Source of the DNA: an uncultured delta proteobacterium | Lineage (GTDB): Bacteria; Desulfobacterota; Binatia; UBA9968 | DNA: 64,000 nt | Reading direction: 5' to 3' | Assembly (NCBI GenBank): GCA_963727625.1 | Contig: CAVSHR010000005.1 | Span: 608,001-672,000 of the forward strand | Shown: positions 57,513 to 64,000 of the stretch, piece by piece | Layout: every line of letters starts with the position of its first letter | Position numbering within the stretch: position 1 is the first letter of the stretch | Position numbers and translations under genes: made by a program | Notes under the pieces: model-generated | Database searches by the model: none | The model's input: the letters and a program-made list of their open reading frames with translations, nothing else | What the model was told of the DNA's origin: nothing

Positions 57513-59513
57513 TTGACGACGACCTATATCCTCAAAAACCCGCCGCTACCGGAACGCAGCAGTTCAGGTCTTGATTACCGCAAGGAATTAAATGACGCGC
57601 AGTATCAGGCAGCGACCGCAATGGAGGGGCCGTTGTTAATTATTGCCGGCGCCGGCACCGGGAAGACTCGGACCTTGGTCTATCGCGTCGCCCATCTCAT
57701 CGACCAGGGGATTGACCCGCGCTCGATTTTATTGCTGACTTTTACCCGCCGCGCCGCCGAAGAAATGATCCGGCGCGCCAGCCTGTTGATCGACGGGCGC
57801 TGTAATCAGGTGGCCGGAGGAACCTTTCATTCCTTTGCCAATCTGGTTCTGCGCAGTCACGGCCGCCATATCGCGCTCTCGCCGTCGTTCACCATCATGG
57901 ACCGCACCGACAGCGAGGACGTGATCCAGCTTATCCGCAGCGACATGGGGCTGAACACCAAAGAGAAGCGCTTTCCGCGCAAACAAACCGTGGCGGAAAT
58001 CTTCAGCATGACCCATAACAAGCAGACGCCGCTGAACGATCTGCTCGAGCTCGAGTACCCGCACCTGGTCGATGCCAACTTCGAACTGGGTGAGCTGTAT
58101 CGCCGATACGTCGATTATAAGTCGACCAAATCGCTGCTCGACTACGACGATCTACTGATCAAACTGCGCGATCTCCTGGCCAATCACGGCGAGGTCCGCG
58201 AGCGTCTTTCCGATCTCTTTCGCTACATCATGGTCGACGAGTACCAGGACACCAATCATCTGCAGGACGAGATCGTCCGCCTGCTCGCCGCCACCCATGA
58301 CAACGTCGCCGTGGTCGGCGACGACGCTCAGAGCATCTATTCGTTTCGCGGCGCCAATTTCCGCAACATCATGGACTTCCCCAAGCAGTTTCCCGCTGCG
58401 CGGCTTATCAAGCTGGAAGAAAACTACCGCAGCACCCAGCCGATATTGAATCTCACCAATGAGATCATCGAACGCGCCAAAGAGGGCTATGAGAAGCGGT
58501 TGTTCACGCGCAAGAGCGTCGGCACTAGACCCAAGCTGGTGCAGGCTGGCAGCGAGCAAATGCAATCGCAATTCGTCTGCCAGAAGGTTCTGGAGTTGCG
58601 CGAGCAAGGCGTGCCGCTGTGGGATATCGCGGTGCTGTTTCGCTCGAGTTTTCACTCTTTCGATTTGGAAATCGAGCTCGCGCGCCATAAAATTCCATTC
58701 GTCAAGCGCGGCGGTTTTCAATTTATGGAAGCCGCCCATGTGAAAGACCTGCTCGCCCATATGCGGATTCTCGCCAACCCGCAGGACGCGATCTCCTGGA
58801 ACCGGGTGCTGCTTCTGCTCGAGGGCGTCGGGCCGGGGGCCTGCCGGAAGATCACCAAATGGCTGCTCGAAGGCAGCGACGCGGTCGCTCGCCTGCGCAG
58901 CTACCAAGCTAAAGGTAAGATCGCCCACGGTTTGCGTACCCTGGCGCAGGTGCTCGAAGAAGCCAAGCAGGCTGAGTTGCCGTCGGAGCAGGCCCAGTAT
59001 CTGATGCAATATTACATGCCGATCCTGAAGCAGAATTACCCCGACGACCATCCCAAGCGCTTGAGGGACATGGAGCATTTTCAGGGCATGACCGAGCGTT
59101 ATCGCAGCCTAGAGCGTTTGCTCAGCGACATGGCGCTGGAACCGCCTAACGACAGCATCGCCGGGGTTTTGGCAGTCGACCCGGACGAGGGGCCGCTCAT
59201 CTTATCGACAATTCATTCGGCGAAGGGTTTGGAATTTCATTCGGTGTTCATCATCTGGGCCTTGGAAGGCAGATTCCCTTCGTTTTACAACACCAACTCC
59301 GACGAAGAGTTGGAGGAAGAACGCCGGCTGCTCTACGTCGCCGCCACCCGCGCCAAGCAAAATCTCTTTATCAGTTACCCGACCCGGGTTTTCGACAAGA
59401 GTCTCCGCATGGTGTTGTCCCGCCCGTCGCAATTCATCGACGGCATGCCGCAACGGCTGCTCGAACCGGTCGCGCTTGTGCCCGAGGGGTCCTACTGGGA
59501 TTGGGAGAGTTAA
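57513..59513 (+). CDS. UvrD/PcrA/Rep family ATP-dependent DNA helicase
   Basis: AGAGTGKT, LTFTRRAA, GTFHS, VDEYQDTN, VGDDAQSIYSFRGA, NYRST, STIHSAKGLEF, EERRLLYVA.TRA. Confidence 0.95.
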   Translation: MTTTYILKNPPLPERSSSGLDYRKELNDAQYQAATAMEGPLLIIAGAGTGKTRTLVYRVAHLIDQGIDPRSILLLTFTRRAAEEMIRRASLLIDGRCNQVAGGTFHSFANLVLRSHGRHIALSPSFTIMDRTDSEDVIQLIRSDMGLNTKEKRFPRKQTVAEIFSMTHNKQTPLNDLLELEYPHLVDANFELGELYRRYVDYKSTKSLLDYDDLLIKLRDLLANHGEVRERLSDLFRYIMVDEYQDTNHLQDEIVRLLAATHDNVAVVGDDAQSIYSFRGANFRNIMDFPKQFPAARLIKLEENYRSTQPILNLTNEIIERAKEGYEKRLFTRKSVGTRPKLVQAGSEQMQSQFVCQKVLELREQGVPLWDIAVLFRSSFHSFDLEIELARHKIPFVKRGGFQFMEAAHVKDLLAHMRILANPQDAISWNRVLLLLEGVGPGACRKITKWLLEGSDAVARLRSYQAKGKIAHGLRTLAQVLEEAKQAELPSEQAQYLMQYYMPILKQNYPDDHPKRLRDMEHFQGMTERYRSLERLLSDMALEPPNDSIAGVLAVDPDEGPLILSTIHSAKGLEFHSVFIIWALEGRFPSFYNTNSDEELEEERRLLYVAATRAKQNLFISYPTRVFDKSLRMVLSRPSQFIDGMPQRLLEPVALVPEGSYWDWES

Positions 59514-59516
59514 TCA

Positions 59517-61025
59517 ATGATGCAATTGCTGCTCAACTTTGTCGTCTTCACCAGCGGCGCGGTGTTGATGGCGCTGGAAATCGTCGGCAGCCGCATCTTG
59601 GCACCCTATTTCGGCAGCTCGATCTTCGTCTGGGGCAGCCTGATCTCGGTGGTGATGACCGCATTGAGCATCGGCTATTATTGGGGCGGCTGGTTGTCAG
59701 CGCGAGAACCGACCTACGGTAAGCTTTTGACCCTCCTGGCGATCCCCGGAGTGCTGATTTTTTTTCTGCCGTTCATTTATCCATCGGTCAATGAATGGAT
59801 CGCCGGCATCGATTTCGGCAACCGGCTCAACCCGCTGATCGCCTGCAGCGCGCTTTTTCTGTTGCCGGGAGTCTTTATCGGCGCCATCTCACCCTACGTT
59901 ATCCGGCTCGCCGCAACCCAGCTCCATACTGTCGGCAGCACCGCCGGCACGCTCTATGCAGTGTCGACCTGCGGCAGTATTTTCGGCACGCTGCTGACGG
60001 CCTTTTATCTGATTCCGGTTCTAGGCGTGAGCAATATCATTCACGCTCTAGGCATCACACTGGTATGTTTGTCCCTAGTTGTAGTACCCTTGGTCCGGCT
60101 GCAGGGCGTTACACTATCGCGAGCTGTTGCCACCATGTTTTGCATCCTGGGGCTTACGGATATGTTTTGGGCGCCCTTAGCTTGGACGAAAACCATTTTG
60201 CAAAGAGACACCTTCTATCACCGCATCCGCATCGAGGAGGACAACGAAGCGCGCTACATGTACTTCGACCGCACACTTCAAAGCGCCATGAATTTGAAAG
60301 ACCCCACGGCGCTTCGATTGCTTTACTCGCGTTACACTTCGCTCGGTATGGCGTTTCGACCGGACGCAAAAAAGATGCTCGTCATCGGGCTCGGCGGCGG
60401 TTCGATCCCGAAAAAGATCCGGAAGGAATTTCCCCATATGGAAATAGACGCCGTCGAGATCGACCCCGAGGTGATCAAGATGGCTAAGGACTATTTCCAG
60501 GTCAAAGAGAGCGATCTGCTCAGGCTCTATGCCCAGGATGGCCGGCTCTTTCTGACCCGCACACAGCAGCAGTACGACATCATCTTGCTCGACGCCTATT
60601 TTACCGATTCCATGCCGTTTCATCTCACCACCAGACAATTTTTCGAGTTGGCGCAGAAAAGACTTACGCCGAACGGCGTGGTCGTGGCCAACTTGATCAG
60701 CGCCGTCACCGGCTCGCACGGCAAGATCGCGCGCGCCTTCGTACGCACGCAGCGCCAGGTTTTTCCCCAAACCTACGTATTCGCCACGCGTCGCCCCGAT
60801 AACGTCAGCCTCGATGCCATTCAAAACGTCATTGTCGTCGCCACCCGCGATAAGCAACGCGTCGACATCAGGGAAATCGTCAAGCGGGCCACCGTCGTGG
60901 ACAGCGGCCTTTTTCCGGATCCCATTCAAGACATCGGCGTCGCCTACTATGACAAATCCCTCCCGGAAGACGTGCCGGTACTCACCGATGATTTCGCGCC
61001 GACGGATAACCTGCTCAATCCTTAG
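59517..61025 (+). CDS. Fused membrane domain / spermidine synthase-like methyltransferase
   Basis: SG...M.LEI..SR.LAPYFG TM region; LVIGLGGG, VEIDP, DGR.FL, YD.I.LDAY, LTDD.AP. Confidence 0.9.
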   Translation: MMQLLLNFVVFTSGAVLMALEIVGSRILAPYFGSSIFVWGSLISVVMTALSIGYYWGGWLSAREPTYGKLLTLLAIPGVLIFFLPFIYPSVNEWIAGIDFGNRLNPLIACSALFLLPGVFIGAISPYVIRLAATQLHTVGSTAGTLYAVSTCGSIFGTLLTAFYLIPVLGVSNIIHALGITLVCLSLVVVPLVRLQGVTLSRAVATMFCILGLTDMFWAPLAWTKTILQRDTFYHRIRIEEDNEARYMYFDRTLQSAMNLKDPTALRLLYSRYTSLGMAFRPDAKKMLVIGLGGGSIPKKIRKEFPHMEIDAVEIDPEVIKMAKDYFQVKESDLLRLYAQDGRLFLTRTQQQYDIILLDAYFTDSMPFHLTTRQFFELAQKRLTPNGVVVANLISAVTGSHGKIARAFVRTQRQVFPQTYVFATRRPDNVSLDAIQNVIVVATRDKQRVDIREIVKRATVVDSGLFPDPIQDIGVAYYDKSLPEDVPVLTDDFAPTDNLLNP

Positions 61026-61641
61026 CGCGCTTTTCCTATCCGCCTGTTCGGTCCTAGGCCCCGACGCTCCGCAAAGGGTCGTGCGCATCAAGGTGGTCGC
61101 CGACGTTCCGTTCCGGGCGCGTAATCCTAACTGGGCCGAGGCAGCACGCGGACTCGTCGAATCGGCTTCGGATTATTACGAGCGCGAGTTTGACATCCGC
61201 TTTGCCACGCAGAGCGTTTTCGCATGGCCGGCAGCGGAGCGCATCGATTCCACGCCGGTGCTGCTCGCAAGGCTGAAGAAGGAGTTTCCGGTTCGTGCCA
61301 AGGATGGCAGTTACGATTTGATTGTCGCTTTTACCGCTGAAAATGTGAGCCCATATCTAACCGCCGGCCGGCCTCGCGTGGACCGCATCGGCAACTGCCG
61401 ACAGGGCTTGGCCAGTTACGCGGTGGTGCCGATTCATAAAGTCTTCCACTATCAGGGGACCGACGCCGAACCCGAGCTGGACGTGGTCGCCCTGATTCAC
61501 GAGCTCGCCCACGTGTTCGGCGCCGAGCATGTCGAAGACATCAACTCGATAATGAACGAAACCTTCGGCTATCGAACTGAGTTCGATGCGAAGAACCGCT
61601 CCGTGATCCTGAAAAACCGCGCCTGCCCGTTTGCCAAATGA
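60988..61641 (+). CDS. Metzincin (M12/reprolysin-like) metallopeptidase lipoprotein
   Basis: LSAC lipobox, HELAHVFGAEH, SIM Met-turn; start 60988 overlaps the upstream gene. Confidence 0.8.
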   Translation: MISRRRITCSILSALFLSACSVLGPDAPQRVVRIKVVADVPFRARNPNWAEAARGLVESASDYYEREFDIRFATQSVFAWPAAERIDSTPVLLARLKKEFPVRAKDGSYDLIVAFTAENVSPYLTAGRPRVDRIGNCRQGLASYAVVPIHKVFHYQGTDAEPELDVVALIHELAHVFGAEHVEDINSIMNETFGYRTEFDAKNRSVILKNRACPFAK

Positions 61642-61646
61642 GGAAA

Positions 61647-61740
61647 GAGGCGGTAGGCATGAGTCGCGAGGCGGCAGTGCGAAAGATTCGTCGAAGGAAT
61701 TCAGTCCGGCTCACGCCTCAAGCCTCACGCCTCATACCTA
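61647..61740. repeat. Intergenic heptamer repeats (GCCTCAN) with complementary GAGGC units
   Basis: ctcac gcctcaa gcctcac gcctcat acct at 61710-61739, facing gaggc/taggcatgag/cgaggc at 61647-61673. Confidence 0.55.
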
Positions 61741-61744
61741 AATC

Positions 61745-62503
61745 ATGCTAGCCAATCTTCGGGTCATAATGGTCCGTCCGCGCAGCTCCGGCAATATCGG
61801 TTCGGTGGCCCGCGCCATGAAAAATTTCGCAGCCGCCGAGCTCGCCATTGTCGGCAAGGCGCGCACGCGGAGCTTTTGGGCGCGGGCGATGGCGGTCCAC
61901 GGCCGCGACGTGCTCGCCGATGCCAAATGCTATGACTCGATCCGCGAAGCGATCGCCGACTGCACGCTGGTCGTCGGCACCACCTGCCGCGCCGGTCTCT
62001 ATCGAAGCCACAGCCGAACGCTTTGTGATGTCGCCCCGGATATCGCCGCGGCCGCGCGCAAGTTCAGAGTCGCGCTGCTTTTCGGACCGGAAGATCATGG
62101 TCTCAGCAACAAGGATCTCGAACATTGCCAGCTGCTCTTGACGATTCCGACCAACGCCGAGTATCAGTCGCTCAATGTCGCCCAGGCCGCGGTGATCTGT
62201 CTCTACGAAATTTTCGCCGCCGCGTTGGCGCCGGCGGAGGATGTCGGAATTCAGCGCGCCGAGGCAGAACAGGTAGAGCGGCTGTTCGACATCATGCGCA
62301 AATCGCTGCTCAAGATTGGCTTTCTCGATTCGGAAAACCCCGAGCATATTCTTCTTGCCTTGCGCCGCATCCTCGGCCGAGGCGGCCTGGAAGATAAAGA
62401 CGTGAGGATTCTTACCGGCATGTTTCGCCAGATCGAATGGTACGCCAATCAGGGCTGGAAAGTCGTGGAGGAAAAAGAAAAGAGAGGCATCAAAATTCGC
62501 TAG
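61745..62503 (+). CDS. trmJ: TrmJ/LasT family SPOUT tRNA methyltransferase
   Basis: P...GNIGSVARAMKNF, ALLFGPEDHGL.N, Y.SLN.AQA..I.LYE. Confidence 0.88.
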   Translation: MLANLRVIMVRPRSSGNIGSVARAMKNFAAAELAIVGKARTRSFWARAMAVHGRDVLADAKCYDSIREAIADCTLVVGTTCRAGLYRSHSRTLCDVAPDIAAAARKFRVALLFGPEDHGLSNKDLEHCQLLLTIPTNAEYQSLNVAQAAVICLYEIFAAALAPAEDVGIQRAEAEQVERLFDIMRKSLLKIGFLDSENPEHILLALRRILGRGGLEDKDVRILTGMFRQIEWYANQGWKVVEEKEKRGIKIR

Positions 62504-62516
62504 GAGGCGCCATCGG

Positions 62517-63155
62517 ATGAACGTCAACCATTTCGAACTCAAGAAAACCGCCATGCTGTTTTTCGATATTTTAAATGGCTACGTGCCGGAACCCGCGCCG
62601 GGCCAAACACGAAGTCTCAAACCGTGGATTCACAATGCCGTCCGTCTCGGCAAAGCGGCCCGCGCCGCCGGCCTGCCGGTTTTTTTCGCCAAGGGCAACC
62701 ATCGCCCGGACAACGCCACGACGGCGCTGATTCTGACCGATACCAACAATTCCCTCACTCCCTGGCCCAACGGCGAGGTGACGAAGACGAAAATGCATGT
62801 GATCGCCGGCGACAAGAGCTCCGACGTGCTCGCCGATCTCGAACCGCGGCCGGATGATTATTACATCGTGAAATATCGCTGGAGCGCGTTCTTCCAAACT
62901 TACCTGGACCTGGCGCTGCGCACCCGCGGCGTCGACACCATCATCATTTCCGGCGGCTCTACCGACGTCGGTGTGACTTCGACTTTGTATTCTGGGCGAG
63001 ACCTGGACTATAACATGATCGTCGCCAGCGACGCCTGCGGCACCTCCCACGACCAGCGTGCCCATGACATGCTCATGAAGCTGGTTTTCCCGCGCATGTC
63101 ACGCGTGCGCACGACGGACCAAGTGATCGCGATGCTGCAGAAGGGCAAACCATAA
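62517..63155 (+). CDS. Isochorismatase-fold protein (Cys replaced by Gly)
   Basis: TA.LFFD..N, K.RWSAFF.T.LD..LR.RGVDT, G.STDVGV.ST. Confidence 0.85.
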   Translation: MNVNHFELKKTAMLFFDILNGYVPEPAPGQTRSLKPWIHNAVRLGKAARAAGLPVFFAKGNHRPDNATTALILTDTNNSLTPWPNGEVTKTKMHVIAGDKSSDVLADLEPRPDDYYIVKYRWSAFFQTYLDLALRTRGVDTIIISGGSTDVGVTSTLYSGRDLDYNMIVASDACGTSHDQRAHDMLMKLVFPRMSRVRTTDQVIAMLQKGKP

Positions 63156-63187
63156 TTTTCGTACAAACATCTTTCAGGAGGGCGACC

Positions 63188-64000
63188 ATGGCATCGAACG
63201 GCACAGCACCAGTCGGTATCAGCAAGAACATAAAACAGATTGGCCGAACGGACCTCCCTGGAGGCGGCTCGGTGGTTGTCGAGAACGGCTACGCGTACGT
63301 AGGCCATATCGATCCGCCGCACGGAACCTCCATTCTCGACGTGCGCGATGCCAAACATCCTAAGCTCGTAGCCCAGCTCGAGGTCCCCGAGGGGATTCAT
63401 TCGCACAAGGTGCGCGTGAGCGGCGACCTGATGCTGATAAATTACGAGCGTTACAAAACCAAGGAAGAGCCTGACGCCGGGCTCAAGATTTTCGATATTT
63501 CCAATCGGTCCATGCCGCGCGAGATCGCTTTTTTCAAAGCACCGGGCAAAGGCTTGCACCGCTTTACCTTCGACGGCCGCTACGCGTATCTGTCGCCCAC
63601 CCTGGAGGGTTACGTCGGCAACATCGCGATGATCATGGATCTTAAAAATCCGGAGAAGCCGGAAGAGGTCTGCCGCTGGTGGATGCCGGGGCAATGGACT
63701 GCCGGCGGCGAGACGCCGACCTGGCATGGCACCGACACCCGCTGCCACCATCCGATTCGGCGCGGCAACCGTCTCTATATCAGCTACTGGCACGGGGGAT
63801 TCGCTATCGTCGATATTTCCGACATGAGCAAGCCCAAAACCGTAAGCACGCTGGATTATAGTCCGCCCTATCCCTGTCCGACGCATACCACTCTGCCGAT
63901 GCTCAACAAAATCATGGATCGCGATTGGTTGATCGTCACCGACGAAGAAGTCGGAGAAAAGCTTAACGACACGCATAACGCCTTTCTCTGGGTAATCGAT
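63188..64000 (+). CDS. LVIVD repeat beta-propeller protein (partial, runs off the window)
   Basis: AGGAGG RBS; GYAYVGH, TSILDVRD.KHPK.V, HSHKV, LKIFDIS, IMDLK.PEKP.EV.RWW.PG, AIVDISD.SKP; absent from the ORF track because it has no stop codon in the window. Confidence 0.85.
   Translation, partial: MASNGTAPVGISKNIKQIGRTDLPGGGSVVVENGYAYVGHIDPPHGTSILDVRDAKHPKLVAQLEVPEGIHSHKVRVSGDLMLINYERYKTKEEPDAGLKIFDISNRSMPREIAFFKAPGKGLHRFTFDGRYAYLSPTLEGYVGNIAMIMDLKNPEKPEEVCRWWMPGQWTAGGETPTWHGTDTRCHHPIRRGNRLYISYWHGGFAIVDISDMSKPKTVSTLDYSPPYPCPTHTTLPMLNKIMDRDWLIVTDEEVGEKLNDTHNAFLWVID

Overview
GC-rich bacterial chromosomal window. The gene content (many orphan NMT1/THI5-type solute-binding proteins, amidohydrolase_2 enzymes, LVIVD and glycine-zipper proteins) suggests a Candidatus Binatia-like organism; this is inference only. 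From left to right: argC, an MpaB-like oxygenase and an MFS gene; a three-times-repeated, partly decayed module of adenylating enzyme + carrier protein + LpxL-like acyltransferase (+ binding protein) with AlmEFG-like architecture (3.7-16.2 kb); a pcaDCHGB protocatechuate operon ending in a CoA ligase instead of pcaIJ; an unannotated DsbA/FrnE-like selenoprotein (UPWC with a SECIS-like hairpin); a catabolic region of binding proteins, amidohydrolases and a Rieske oxygenase; an accretion hotspot where the last ~140 bp of an amidohydrolase gene occurs three times, separated by two toxin-antitoxin modules and followed by Mrr, with attC-like half sites but no integrase; envelope genes with sigma54-like promoters; and a UvrD-type helicase to trmJ block ending in a partial LVIVD gene. 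Several otherwise intact genes carry single-base indels that may be sequencing errors. No rRNA, tRNA, CRISPR array, transposase or integrase was recognised.
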